Assembly (NCBI RefSeq): GCF_963921235.1
Contig: NC_086097.1
Coordinates: 250,544,001 to 250,608,000, forward strand
DNA from: Mobula hypostoma
Taxonomy: Eukaryota
DNA: 64,000 nucleotides
Direction of reading: 5' to 3'
The notes under the pieces were generated by a model, which saw nothing but the letters and a program-made list of their open reading frames with translations, did not search any database and was not told the DNA's origin. This document shows positions 1 through 12,038 of the stretch, in pieces (position 1 is the stretch's first letter; every line of letters starts with the position of its first letter). The position numbers and the translations under genes are program-made.

Positions 1-2025
1 GAAGGTAGTGCACCTGTGGCTGACAAGGGAAATTAGGGATAGTATCAATTCCAAAGAAGAAGCATACAAATTAGCCAGAGAAAGTGGCTCACCTGAGGAC
101 TGGGAGAAATTCAGAGTTCAGCAGAGGAGGACAAAGGGCTTAATTAGGAAGGGGAAAAAAGATTATGAGAGAAAACTGGCAGGGAACATAAAAACTGACT
201 GTAAAAGCTTTTATAGATATGTGAAAAGAAAAAGATTGGTTAAGACAAATGTAGGTCCCCTACAGACAGAAACAGGTGAATTGATTATGGGGAGCAAGGA
301 CATGGCAGACCAATTGAATAATTACTTTGGTTCTGTCTTCACTAAGGAGGACATAAATAATCTTCTGGAAATAGTAGGGGACAGGGGGTCCAGTGAAATG
401 GAGGAACTGAGGGAAATACATGATAGTAGGGAAGTGGTGTTAGGTAAATTGAAGGGATTAAAGGCGGATAAATCCCCAGGGCCAGATGGTCTGCATCTCA
501 GAGTGCTTAAGGAAGTAGCCCAAGAAATAGTGGATGCATTAGTGATAATTTTTCAAAACTCTTTAGATTCTGGACTAGTTCCTGAGGATTGGAGGGTGGC
601 TAATGTAACCCCACTTTTTAAAAAAGGAGGGAGAGAGAAACTGGGGAATTATAGACCAGTTAGCCTAACATCGGTGGTGGGGAAACTGCTGGAGTCAGTT
701 ATCAAAGATGTGATAACAGCACATTTGGAAAGCGGTGAAATGATCGGACAAAGTCAGCATGGATTTGCGAAAGGAAAATCATGTCTGACGATCATGTCTG
801 TCTGATGTAACTGGTAGAGTGGATAGGGGAGAACCAGTGGATGTGGTATATTTGGATTTTCAAAAGGCTTTTGACAAGATCCCACACAGGAGATTAGTGT
901 ACAAACTTAAAGCACACGGTATTGGGGGTAAGGTATTGATGTGGGTAGAGAATTGGTTGGCAGACAGGAAGCAAAGAGTGGGAATAAACGGGACCTTCTC
1001 AGAATGGCAGGCAGTGACTAGTGGGGTACTGCAAGGCTCAGTGCTGGAACCCCAGTTGTCTACAATATATATTAATGACTTGGATGAGGGAATTAAATGC
1101 AGCATCTCCAAGTTTGCGGATGACAGGAAGCTGGGTGGCAGTGTTAGCTGTGAGGAGGGTGCTAAGAGGATGCAGGGTGACTTGGATACGTTAGGTGAGT
1201 GGGCAAATTCATGGCAGATGCAATTTAATGTGGATAAACGTGAAGTTATCTACTTTGGTGGCAAAAACAGGAAAACAGATTATTATCTGAATGGTGGCCG
1301 ATTAGGAAAAGGGGAGGTGCAATGAGACCTGGGTGTCATTATACACCAGTCATTGAAAGTGGGCATGTAGATACAGCGGGCGGTGAAAAAGGCGAATGGT
1401 ATGCTAGCATTTATAGCAAGAGGATTCGAGTACAGGAGCAGGGAGGTACTACTGCAGTTGTACAAGGCCTTGGTGAGACCATACCTGGAGTGTTGTGTGC
1501 AGTTTTGGTCCCCTAATCTGAGGAAAGACATTGAGGGAGTACAAAGAAGGTTCACCAGATTGATTCCTGGGATGGCAGGACTTTCATATGATGAAAGACT
1601 GGATGAACTAGGCTTATACCCGTTGGAATTTAGAAGATTGAGGGGGGATCTGATTGAAACCTATAAAATCCTAAAGGGATTGGACAGGCTAGATGCAGGA
1701 AGATTGTTCCCGATGTTGGGGAAGTCCAGAACGAGGGGTCACAGTTTGAGGATAGAGGGGAAGCCTTTTAGGACCGAGATTAGGAAAAACTTCTTCACAC
1801 AGAGAGTGGTGAATCTGTGGAATTCTCTGCCACAGGAAACAGTTGAGGCCAGTTCATTGGCTATATTTAAGAGGGAGTTAGATATGGCCCTTGTGGCTAA
1901 AGGGATCAGGGGGTATGGAGGGAAGGCTGGTACAGGGTTCTGAGTTGGATGATCAGCCATGATCATACTGAATGGTGGAGGGCCGAATGGCCTACTCCTG
2001 CACCTATTTTCTATGTTTCTATGTT
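1..2025 (+). mobile_element. CR1-clade LINE, ORF2 RT region plus 3' UTR (cut by window start), disrupted
   Basis: ORFs 8-805, 819-1325 and 1383-1943 carry [39 protein letters not shown] and LYKALVRPYLE. They are broken by a deletion/frameshift near 790 and by stops. Ends in a TTTCTATG repeat tail. Confidence 0.95.
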
Positions 2026-2229
2026 TAGCAGGTTAACTTGTCTTTCTAAATTGTCCCATGATCAGGCTTACATGAAATCGGGGCTTGTTGGGCAGTGTGG
2101 TGTGAATACCCTGAAGGGCCTGTTCTGTGCTGTATCCCTAAAGTAAAAAAAAATCTCATTACTGCGATGCAATCAAAAGAATGGAGTGTGATTGTTTGAG
2201 CAGCAGAATTGAGGTCTACCTCACTTTTC

Positions 2230-2411
2230 AAATATACATTACTTCTGTTTTTGCACGATTTTTAATCTATTCAATATATGTATGCTGTAATTGTTTACTT
2301 CTTTATTTACATATTTTTTTTCTTCTTGTGTGTATTGCATTGAACTGTTGCTGACAAGTTAACAAATTTCACGACACACACCGGTGATAATAAACCTGAT
2401 TCTGATTCTGA
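2230..2411 (+). mobile_element. Rex1/Babar-type LINE 3' UTR fragment
   Basis: Ends in ATAATAAACCTGATTCTGATTCTGA, the same tail that caps the Rex/Babar RT fragment at 57323-58320. Confidence 0.55.
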
Positions 2412-2467
2412 GAATTTAAAACAAAGTTCCAACAAATATTTCTCTGTTAACTCTTACTGCATGCTAT

Positions 2468-2745
2468 AAACACAAAATATTCTGTAGATGCTGGAAATCC
2501 AGAGCAACACACACAAAATGGAGGAGGAACTCAGCAGGTCAGGCAGCATCTATGGAAATGAATGAACAGTCAATATTTTAGGCTGGGACCTTTCCCCAGT
2601 TCTGCAAAGGAAGAGGAAGGATGCCAGAATAAAACGGAGGGGGGAGGGGAAAGAGGCTAGCTGCTAGGTGATAGGCGAAGCCAGGTGGGTTAGAAAGGTC
2701 AAGGGCTGGAGAAGAAGGAATCTGATAGGAGAGGAGAGTGGGCCA
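2468..2745 (-). mobile_element. Penelope-like terminal repeat (older subfamily), degenerate hammerhead region
   Basis: Reverse complement of the 3' end seen at 21700-22005 (GATGCTGCCTGACCTGCTGAGTTCCTCC...TTTCCAGCATCT). Confidence 0.75.
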
Positions 2746-3109
2746 TAATACTTTTAGCTATGAGTGCTGAAAATAAAATTTTTCGAGATATTGCTGAAAA
2801 TGAAAGGTCAGCCATTGTCTGTAACCACTGTTCCTGAATCTATCATCTATGTATCTTACTATAAACTTCCTTTGACGTGTGATAGCTCACAAGCCTTGCT
2901 CCTGTCCTCTCACACACATTCTCATCTATTTGATGGTGTGTGTGAACCACTGTTTTGGAACACGTATCCTAGATACTGCAGTACTCTGACCTCAGCCCAC
3001 CAAATAAAGTCAACTGACATGATGGGAGAAGCAGAACAGACTCAGAGATTACCAGAGAGTTTTACAATGATTTAGACAAGATCTGTTAGCATGCATCTGA
3101 AAAATACTA

Positions 3110-3163
3110 CACTCACTGGCCACTTTATTAGGTACGTGTGTGTAATAAGGTAGACACTGAGTG
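3110..3163. mobile_element. 54-bp Tc1/mariner-like mini-MITE
   Basis: Imperfect ~21-bp inverted repeats (CACTCACTGGCCACTTTATTA / TAATAAGGTAGACACTGAGTG), flanked by TA on both sides. Confidence 0.55.
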
Positions 3164-4229
3164 TATTTCTGATTACTCATGGCCTTTGTCGGCAGTAGTC
3201 CATCCGCTAGTTTTTTTTCTCTCTTCTTACACTGCTTATTTATTTAAGACCATAAGACATAGGAGCAGAATTAAGCCACTTGGCCCTTTGAGTCTCCTTC
3301 ATCATGACTGATCCATGTTCCCTCTCAGCCCCAATCTCCTGCCTTCTCCCTGTATCCCTTCATACCCTGACCAATCAAGAATCTATAGATCTCTGCCTTA
3401 GATATACATAAAGACTTGGCCTCCACTGCTGCCTGTGGCAAAGAATTCCACAGATTCACCACTCTCTGGCTGAAGAAATTCCTCCTCATCTCCGTTCTAA
3501 AAAGTTACCTTTCTATTCTGAGGCTGTGTCCTCTGGTCTTAGATTCTCCCAACATAAGAAATATTCTCTCCATATCCACTCGATCAAGACCTTTCACCAT
3601 TCGATAGGTTCCAGTGATGTCACCCCTCATTCTTCTGAATTCCAATGATTACAGGCCCAGAGCCAAGAGATGATCTTCATATGACAAACTGTTCAAACCG
3701 AGAATAATTTTTGTGAACCTCCTTTGAATCCTCTCCAGTTTCAGCACATCCTTTCTAAGAAAAGGGGCCCAAAGCTGCTCACAATACTCCTAGTGAGGCC
3801 TCACCAGTGTTTTATAAAGTTTCAGCATTACATCCTCGCTTTTATATTCTAGTCCTCTTGAAATGAATGCTAACATCGCATTTGCTTTTCTCACCTCAGA
3901 TTCAACCTGCATATCACCCTTTAGGAAAACCTGCACAAGGATTCCCAGGTTCGCGCCATTCAGAAAGTAGTCAGTGTTTTCATTTCCTCTACCAAAGTGC
4001 ATGACCACACATTTCCCAACCCTGAATTCCATCTGCCACTTCTTTGTCCATTCTCCTAATCTGTCTAAGTCCTTCTGTAGCCTCTCTACTTGTTCAAAAC
4101 TACCTGCTCTTCCACCAGTCTTCATATCATCTGCAAACTTTGCAATAAAGCCATCAATTCCATCAGCTAACACACATAAAAGTTGCTGGTGAACGCAGCA
4201 GGCCAGGCAACATCTCTAGGAAGAGGTAC

Positions 4230-4265
4230 AGTCGACGTTTTAGGCCGAGACCCTTCGTCAGGACT
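4230..4265 (-). ncRNA. Minimal hammerhead ribozyme motif, core-mutated (GAAA to AAAA)
   Basis: Reverse complement reads AGTC CTGACGA AGGGTCTCGGCCT AAAA CGTC GACT. Confidence 0.65.
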
Positions 4266-4298
4266 AACTGAAGGAAGAGTGAGTAAGGGGTGAGTAAG

Positions 4299-4334
4299 AG
4301 TCCTGACGAAGGATCTCGGCCTGAAACGTCGACT
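4299..4334 (+). ncRNA. Minimal type I hammerhead ribozyme motif
   Basis: AGTC-CTGACGA-AGGATCTCGGCCT-GAAA-CG-TC-GACT: stem I AGUC/GACU, core CUGANGA and GAAA, stem II AGG/CCU, palindromic ACGU in place of stem III. Predicted cleavage after C4330. Confidence 0.8.
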
Positions 4335-4802
4335 GCACCTCTTCCTAGAGATGCTGCCTGGCCTGCTGCGTTCACCAGCAACTTTTATGTGTGTTGCTTG
4401 AATTTCCAGCATCTGCAGAATTCCTGCTGTTTGCGTTTAAATTCCATCAGCCAATTCATTAACATATAAAGTAAGAAGAATCGCTCCCAACACAGACCCG
4501 CGTAGAACACCACTAGTCGCCGATAGCCAACCAGAAAAAGCTCCCTTTAGTCCAGTCTATGCCTCCTGCCAGTCAGCCACTTATCCATGCTAGAATCTTT
4601 CCTGTAATACCATGGGCTCGTAGCTTGTTAAGCAGCCTCATGTGTGGCACCTTGTCAAAGGCCTTCGGAAAATCCTAATACACTACTTCTTGTTATTTCT
4701 TCAAAGAATTCCACAGATTTTTCAAGCAAGATTTTCTCTTGAGGAATCTATGCTGACTACAACCTATTTTATCATGTGCCTCCAAGTACCCTGAAATCAT
4801 AT

Positions 4803-5757
4803 TCGTGATTTTTATTAACGACCTGGATGTGGGGGTAGAAGGGTGGGTTGGCAAGTTTGCAGACGACATAAAGGTTGGTGGTGTTGTAGATAGTGTAGGG
4901 GATTGTCAAAGATTGCAGAGAGACATTGATAGGATGCAGAAGTGGGCTGAGCAGTGGCAGATGGAGTTCAACCTGGAGAAGTGTGAGGTGGTACACTTTG
5001 GAAGGACAAACTCCCAGGCAGAGTACAAAGTAAATGGCAGGATACTTGGTAGTGTGGAGGAGCAGAGGGATCTGGGGGTACATGTCCACAGATCCCTGAA
5101 AGTTGCCTCACAGGTGGATAGGGTAGTTAAGAAAGCTTCTGGGGTGTTAGCTTTCATAAGTCGAGGGATAGAGTTTAAGAGTCGCGATGTAATGATGCAG
5201 CTCTATAAAACTCTGGTTAGGCCACACTTGGAGTATTGTGTCCAGTTCTGGTCACCTCACTATAGGAAGGATGTGGAAGCATTGGAAAGGGTACAGAGGA
5301 GATTTACCAAGATGCTGCCTGGTTTAGAGAGTATGCATTATGATCAGCGATTAAGGGAGCTAGGGCTTTACTCTTTAGAGAGAAGGAGGATGAGAGGAGA
5401 CATGATAGAAGTGTACAAGATAATAAGAGGAATAGATAGAGTGGATAGCCAGCGCCTCTTCCCCAGGGCACCATTGCTCAATACAAGAGGACATGGCTTT
5501 AAGGTAAGGGGTGGGAAGTTCAAGGGGGATATTAGAGGAAGGTTTTTTATTCAGAGAGTGGTTGGTGCGTGGAATGCACTGCCTGAGTCAGTGGTGGAGG
5601 CAGATACACTAGTGAAGTTTAAGAAACTACTAGACAGGTATATGGAGGAATTTAAGGTGGGGGCTTATATGGGAGGCAGGGTTTGAGGGTCGGCATAACA
5701 TTGTGGGCCGAAGGGCCTGTACTGTGCTGTACTATTCTATGTACTATGTTCTATGTT
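4803..5757 (+). mobile_element. 5'-truncated young CR1 LINE with open RT C-terminal frame (4805-5686)
   Basis: 293-aa uninterrupted frame with FINDLD, KFADD and LYKTLVRPHLEYC; CTATGT-type tail. Confidence 0.95.
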
Positions 5758-5989
5758 AACTATTGACTCCAACATCTTCCCAAGCACTGAGGTCAGACTA
5801 ACTGGCCTATAATTTCCTTTCTTCTGCCTCTCTCCTTGAAGAGCGGAGTGACATTTTCAATTTTCTAGTTTTCAGGAACTATTCCAGAATCTAGTGATTC
5901 TTGAAACATCATTACTAATGCCTCCATAATCTCTTCAGCCACTTCATTCAGAATCCTGGGGTGTACATCATCTGGTCCAAGTGACTTAT

Positions 5990-7767
5990 AGAAACATAGA
6001 AACATAGAAAACCTACAGCACAATACAGGCCCGTCGGCCAACAAAGTTGTGCTGAACATGTCGCTACCTTAGATATTACTAGGCCTACCCATAGCCCTCT
6101 ATTTTACTAAGCTCCATGTACCTATCCAAAAGTTTCTTTAAAGACCCTATCATATCCGCTTCCACCACTGTTGCCTGCAGCCCATTCCATGCACTCACTG
6201 CTCTCTGCATAAAAAACTTACCCCTGACATCTCCTCTGTACCTACTCCCCAGCACCTTAAATCTGTGTGCTCTTGTGGCAACCATTTCAGCCCTGGGAAA
6301 AAAACCACTGACTATCCACATGATCAATGCCTCTCATCATCTTATACGCCTCTATCAGGTCACCTCTCATCCTCCGTCGCTCAAAGGAGAAAAGGCCGAG
6401 TTCACACAAACTATTCTCATAAGGCATGCTCCCCAATCCAGCCAACATCCTTGTAAATCTCCTCTGCACCCTTTCTATGGTTTCCACATCCTTCCTGTAG
6501 TGAGGCGACCAGAACTGAGCACAGTACTCCAAGTGGGGTCTGACCAGGGTCCTATATATCTGGAACATTACCTCTGGGCTCCTAAATTCAATCCCATGGT
6601 TGATGAAGGCCAATGCACCGTATGCCTTCTTAACCACAAAGTCAACCTGCGCAGCTGCTTTGAGCGTCCTACGGACTCGGACCTCAAGACCCCTCTGATC
6701 CTACACACTGCTAAGAGTCTTACCATTAATACTATATTCTGCCATCATAGTTGACCTACCAAAATGAACCACTTCACACTTATCTGGGTTGAACTCCATC
6801 TGCCACTTCTCAGCCCAGTTTTGCATCCTATCAATGTCCCACTGTAACCTCTCCACAACACTATCCACAACACCTCCAACTTTTGTGTCATTAGCAAACT
6901 TACTAACCCAACCCACCACTTCCTCATCCAGGTCATTTATAAAAATCACGAAGAGTAAGGGTCCCAGAACGGATCCCTGAGGCACTCCACTGGTGACCGA
7001 CCTCCATGCAGAATATGACCTGTCTACAACCGCTCTTTGCCTTCTGTGGGTAAGCCAGTTATGGATCCACAAAGCAATGTCCCCTTGGATCCCATGCCTC
7101 CTTACTTTCTCAATAAGCCTTGCATGGGGTACCTTATCAAATGCCTTGCTGAAATCCATATACACTACATCTACTGCTCTTCCTTCATCAATGTGTTTAG
7201 TCACATCCTCAAAAAATTTAATCAGGCTTGTAAGGCACAACCTGCCTTTGACAAAGCCATGCTGACTATTCCTAATCATATTATACCTCTCCAAATGTTC
7301 ATAAATCCTGCCTCTCAGGATCTTCTCCAACAACTTACCAACCATTGAGGTAAGACTCACTGATCTATAATTTCCAGAGCTACCTTTACTCCCTTTCTTG
7401 AATAAAGTAACAACATCCGCAACCCTCCAATCCTCTGGAACATCTCCCGTCCCCATTGATGATTCAAAGATCATCGACAGAGGCTCAGCAATCTCCTCCC
7501 TCACCTCCCACAGTAGCCTGGGGTGCATCTCATCTGGTCCTGGCAACTTATCCAACTTGATGCTTTCCAAAAGCTCCAGCACATCCTCTTTCTTAATATC
7601 TACATGCTCAAGCTTTTCAGTCTGTTGTAAGTCATCCCTACAATCACCAAGATCCTTTTCCATAGTGAATACTGAAGTGAAATATTCATTAAGTGCCTCT
7701 GCTATTCCCTCCGGTTCCATACACACTTTCCCACTGTCACACGTGATACATACTTTCCCACTGTCAC
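5990..7767 (-). mobile_element. 5'-truncated CR1 LINE nested in the older CR1
   Basis: ORFs 6701-7867, 6287-6637 and 6085-6327 carry RT motifs. Tail AGAAACATAGAAACATAG. ACTTAT repeated at 5984-5989 and 7768-7773. Short tandem duplication at the truncation point (7719-7769). Confidence 0.95.
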
Positions 7768-7881
7768 ACTTATCTACCTTCAGACCTTTGTGTTCCCCAA
7801 GAACCTTCTCCCTTGGAATGGTAACTTCACACACTTCATTCCCCCAGACACCTGGAACTTCTACCATACTAGTGTCTTCCA

Positions 7882-9240
7882 GATGTCCAGTCCTTATATA
7901 CTTCCATCCCCCATCAGGAAGGTCTCAAAGCTCTACGCTTCTTTTTGGATTCCAGACCTAATCAGTTCCCCTCTACCACCACTCTGCTCCGTCTAGCGGA
8001 ATTAGTCCTTACTCTTAATAATTTCTCCTTTTGTTCCTCCCATTTCCTCCAAACTAAAGGTGTAGCTATGGGCACCCGTATGAGTCCTAGCTATGCCTGC
8101 CTTTTTGTTGGGTTTGTGGAACAATCTATGTTCCGTGCCTATTCTGGTATCTGTCCCCCACTTTTCCTTCGCTACATCGACGACTGCATTGGCGCTGCTT
8201 CCTGCACGCATGCAGAACTCGTTGACTTTATTAACTTTGCCTCCAACTTTCACCCTGCCCTCAAGTTTACCTGGTCCATTTCCGACACCTCCCTCCCCTT
8301 TCTAGATCTTTCTGTCTCTGTCTCTGGAGACAGCTTATCCACTGATGTCTACTATAAGCCTACTGACTCTCACAGCTATCTGGACTATTCTTCTTCTCAC
8401 CCTGTCTCTTGCAAAAACGCCATCCCCTTCTCGCAATTCCTCCGTCTCCGCCGCATCTGCTCTCAGGATGAGACTTTTCATTCTAGGACGAGGGAGATGT
8501 CTTCATTTTTTAAAGAAAGGGGCTTCCCTTCCTCCACTATCAACTCTGCTCTTAAACGCATCTCCCCCATTTCATGTACATCTGCTCTCACTCCATCCTC
8601 CCACCACCCCATTAGGAATAGGGTTCCCCTGGTCCTCACCTACCACCCCACCAGCCTCCGGGTCCAACATATTATTCTCCGTAACTTCCGCCACCTCCAA
8701 CGGGATCCCACCACTAAGCACATCTTTCCCTCCCCCCCTCTCTCTGCATTCCGCAGGGATCGCTCCCTACACTACTCCCTTGTCCATTCGTCCCCCCCAT
8801 CCCTCCCCACTGATCTCCCTCCTGGCACTTATCCGTGTAAGCGGAACAAGTGCTACACATGCCCTTACACTTCCTCCCTTACCACCATTCAGGGCCCCAA
8901 ACAGTCCTTCCAGGTGAGGCATCACTTCACCTGTGAGTCGACTGGGGTGATATACTGCGTCCGGTGCTCCCGATGTGGCCTTTTATATATTGGTGAGACC
9001 CGACGCAGACTGGGAGACCGCTTTGCTGAACATCTACGCTCTGTCCGCCAGAGAAAGCAGGATCTCCCAGTGGCCACACATTTTAATTCCACATCCCATT
9101 CCCATTCTGACATGTCTATCCACGGCCTCCTCTACTGTAAAGATGAAGCCACACTCAGGTTGGAGGAACAACACCTTATATTCCGTATGGGTAGCCTCCA
9201 ACCTGATGGCATGAACATTGACTTCTCTAACTTCCGCTAG
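7882..9240 (+). CDS. Penelope-type reverse transcriptase (partial) plus GIY-YIG endonuclease; open but lacks its N-terminus
   Basis: Frame open from DVQSLYTSIP through QTKGVAMGT, FLRYIDD, VYYKPT, the Cys linker CKRNKCYTC and GVIYCVRCSRCGLLYIGETRRRLGDRFAEH to the stop at 9240. Confidence 0.85.
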   Translation, partial: DVQSLYTSIPHQEGLKALRFFLDSRPNQFPSTTTLLRLAELVLTLNNFSFCSSHFLQTKGVAMGTRMSPSYACLFVGFVEQSMFRAYSGICPPLFLRYIDDCIGAASCTHAELVDFINFASNFHPALKFTWSISDTSLPFLDLSVSVSGDSLSTDVYYKPTDSHSYLDYSSSHPVSCKNAIPFSQFLRLRRICSQDETFHSRTREMSSFFKERGFPSSTINSALKRISPISCTSALTPSSHHPIRNRVPLVLTYHPTSLRVQHIILRNFRHLQRDPTTKHIFPSPPLSAFRRDRSLHYSLVHSSPPSLPTDLPPGTYPCKRNKCYTCPYTSSLTTIQGPKQSFQVRHHFTCESTGVIYCVRCSRCGLLYIGETRRRLGDRFAEHLRSVRQRKQDLPVATHFNSTSHSHSDMSIHGLLYCKDEATLRLEEQHLIFRMGSLQPDGMNIDFSNFR

Positions 9241-9667
9241 GCCCCACCTCCCCCTCGTACCCCAGCTGTTACTCATTTTTATGCACACATTCTTTCTCTC
9301 ACTCTCCTTTTTCTCCCTCTGTCCCTCTGAATATACCTCTTGCCCATCCTCTGGGTCAACCCCCTCCCCCGTCTTTCTTCCCGGACCTCCTGTCCTATGA
9401 TCCTCTCGTATCCCCTTTTGCCTATCACCTGTCCAGCTCTCGGCTCTATCCCTCCCCCTCCTGTCTTCTCCTATCATTTTGCATCTCCCCTCCCCCTCCA
9501 GCTTTCAAATCCCTTACTCACTCTTCCTTCAGTTAGTCCTGACGAAGGGTCTCGGCCTGAAACGTCGACTGCGCCTTTTCCTATAGATGCTGCTTGGCCT
9601 GCTGCGTTCACCAGCAACTTTGATGTATGTTGCTTGAATTTCCAGCATCTGCAGAATTCCTGTTGTT
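7884..9667 (+). mobile_element. 5'-truncated Penelope-like element (Neptune-like) with 14-bp TSD
   Basis: TSD TAGTGTCTTCCAGA at 7870-7883 and 9668-9681; RT plus GIY-YIG ORF followed by a pyrimidine-rich 3' repeat with a hammerhead motif. Confidence 0.95.
9535..9570 (+). ncRNA. Minimal type I hammerhead ribozyme motif (intact core)
   Basis: AGTC CTGACGA AGGGTCTCGGCCT GAAA CGTC GACT; predicted cleavage after C9566. Confidence 0.85.
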
Positions 9668-9954
9668 TAGTGTCTTCCAGAGTTTGTCCACCATTTTATT
9701 GTCCCCTTTTACTACCTCTCCAACATCATTCTCCAGCAGCCCAAATTCCACATTTGCCTCTCTTTTTCACTTTAAGTATCTGAAGAAAATTTTGGTATCC
9801 TCTTTGATATATTTTAGCTAGTTTACTTTTGTATTCCATCTTTACCTTCTTAAAGTCTTTATTGTTGCTTTCTCTTGGTATTTGAAAGCTTCCCAATCTT
9901 CTAACTTCACACTAATTTTACTCTATTGTATGACCTCTCTGTGGTGTGATGCAG

Positions 9955-10152
9955 GTCTTGGCTCCATCCCTCCCCCTCCTGTCTTCTCCTATCATTTTGG
10001 ATCTCCCTCTCCCCCTCCAACTTTCAAATCCCTTACTCACTCTTCCTTCAGTTAGTCCTGACGAAGGGTCTCGGCCTGAAACGTCAACCGTACCTCTTCC
10101 TAGAGATGCTGCCTGGCCTGCTGTGTTCACCAGCAACTTTGAAGTGTGTTGC
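9955..10152 (+). mobile_element. Penelope-like terminal-repeat fragment with hammerhead core at 10054-10089
   Basis: Near-identical to 9438-9635; core CTGACGA...GAAACGTC intact, 3' strand of stem I mutated. Confidence 0.85.
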
Positions 10153-11723
10153 TCTGGCTTTAATGTTGGCTTTGACTTCTCTTGTTAGCCACAGTTGTGT
10201 CATCTTTCCTTTAGAATATGTCTTCCTCTGTAGGATGTATATATCTTGTGCCATCCAAATTGCTTCCAGAAATTCCAGCTATTGTTGCTCTGCTGTCATC
10301 CCTGCCAGTGTTCTTTTCTAATCCACTCTGACCAATTCCTTTCTCATGCATCTGTAATTCCCTTTTCTCCTCTGTAATACTGACACATCCGACTTTATCT
10401 TCTCCATCTCAAAATTCAGTGTGAATTCGATCATGTTATGATCACTTTCACCTGTGTTTTTTTTACCTTAAGCCCTCTAATTAATTCTGGATCATTGTAC
10501 AACACTCAATCCAGAATAGCTGATCCCCTAGTTGTGCTCAACCATGGGCTACTGGCAGGGATGACAGCAGAGCAGCAATGGCTGGCATTCTCATAGGCAC
10601 TTGAGAAAAGCCCCTCTCTTGGAATCCAACACTAACCCGATTTTCCCAATCTACCTGCAAATCGAAATCTCCCATGACTATCGTAACTTTGCCCTTTTGG
10701 CATGCATTTTCTATCTCCTACTCTAATTTGTAGACCAATCCTTACTACTGTTTGGGGATCTGCATATAACTCCTATCAGGGTCTTTTGACTCTTGCAGTT
10801 CATTAGCTCTATCCACAATGATTCAGCACCTTCTGACCCTATGTCACCTCTTTCTAATGATTTGATTTCATTTTTTACCGACGAGCAATGCCACCCACTC
10901 TACCTTCCTGCCTGTCCTTTCAATACAAGGTGTATCCTTGAACATTAACTCAGGGCTATAATCTGCTTTCAGCCATGATTCAGTGATGTCTACAGCATCA
11001 TACACGCCGATCTGTAACTGTGCTGCAGTTCATCGACCTTATTCCGTATACTGCGCACATCCAAATATAACATCTTTAGTCCTGCATTCGCCCTTTTCAA
11101 TTTTGTCTGCCTTTCACGTTGCAACTCATCCTATTCACTGCATTTCCCCCCTATCATCAGCCTCTTCTGTCCAGGAGTCTCACTACACATTGCCTGTTTG
11201 TAAACCAACTACCCCATCTTCAGCACTATCACTTCAGTTCCCATCTTCCTGCCAAATTAGTTTAAAACCCACCTGAGCAACTTGAGCCAACTTGCCCGCA
11301 GGGATATTGAACCCCCTCGGGTTCAGGTGTGCAGGTCATACCTGAAGAGATTCCAATGATCCATAAATGTGAACCCCTGCCCCCTGCACCAGTTCCTCAG
11401 ACACGCTTTCATCTGACACATCGTCCTCTTCTTATCCTCACTAGCACGTGGCACAGGCAGCACTCCAGAGATGGCGTGGGCCCGATCCGAGACATCCCTG
11501 ATCCCGACAATTGGGTGGCAACATACCATCCGGGTGTCTATTGTGCCCACAGAGCCTCGTCTCTGTTCCTCTGACTAGGCAATCATCTATCACCAGTGCA
11601 GTCCTCTTCACCCCTCTGCCCTTCTGAACACAGCATCAGGCTCAGTGCCAGAGACTGGATCACTGAGGCTCCCCCCGGTACGTTGCCCCCTCAATAGTAT
11701 CTGAAGTTGTATACTTATTATTG

Positions 11724-12038
11724 TGGGCACGTGGCCAAGTGGTTTAGGCATTGGACTAGCGACCTGAAGGTCGTGAGTTCGAGCCCCAGCTGAGGCAACG
11801 TGTTGTGTCCTTGAGCAAGGTACTTAATCACACTTAATCACTCTGCGACCACACTGGTGCCAAGCTGTATGGGTCCTAATGCCCTTCCCTTGGACAACAT
11901 TGGTGTCATGGAGAGAGGAGACTTACAGCGTGGGCAACTGCTGGTCTTCCATACAACCTTGACCAGGCCTGCACCCTGGAGAGTGAAGACTTTCCAGGCG
12001 CAGATCCATGGTCTTGCAAGACTAATGGATGCTTTTAC
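11724..12038 (+). mobile_element. tRNA-headed SINE with 14-bp TSD
   Basis: A box TGGCCAAGTGG, B box GAGTTCGAGCC. TSD TATACTTATTATTG at 11710-11723 and 12039-12052. Copies at 13239 and 46923. Confidence 0.9.

Larger units (their letters stand above)
4168..4439. mobile_element. Penelope-like inverted terminal-repeat pair with 12-bp TSD
   Basis: Arms 4169-4265 and 4299-4395 are near-perfect reverse complements. TSD AATTCCATCAGC at 4156-4167 and 4440-4451. Confidence 0.9.

Noticed and set aside
11724..11800. tRNA gene
   Set aside because: The A and B boxes continue into a shared 300-bp body with a TSD and several copies, so this is a SINE head.
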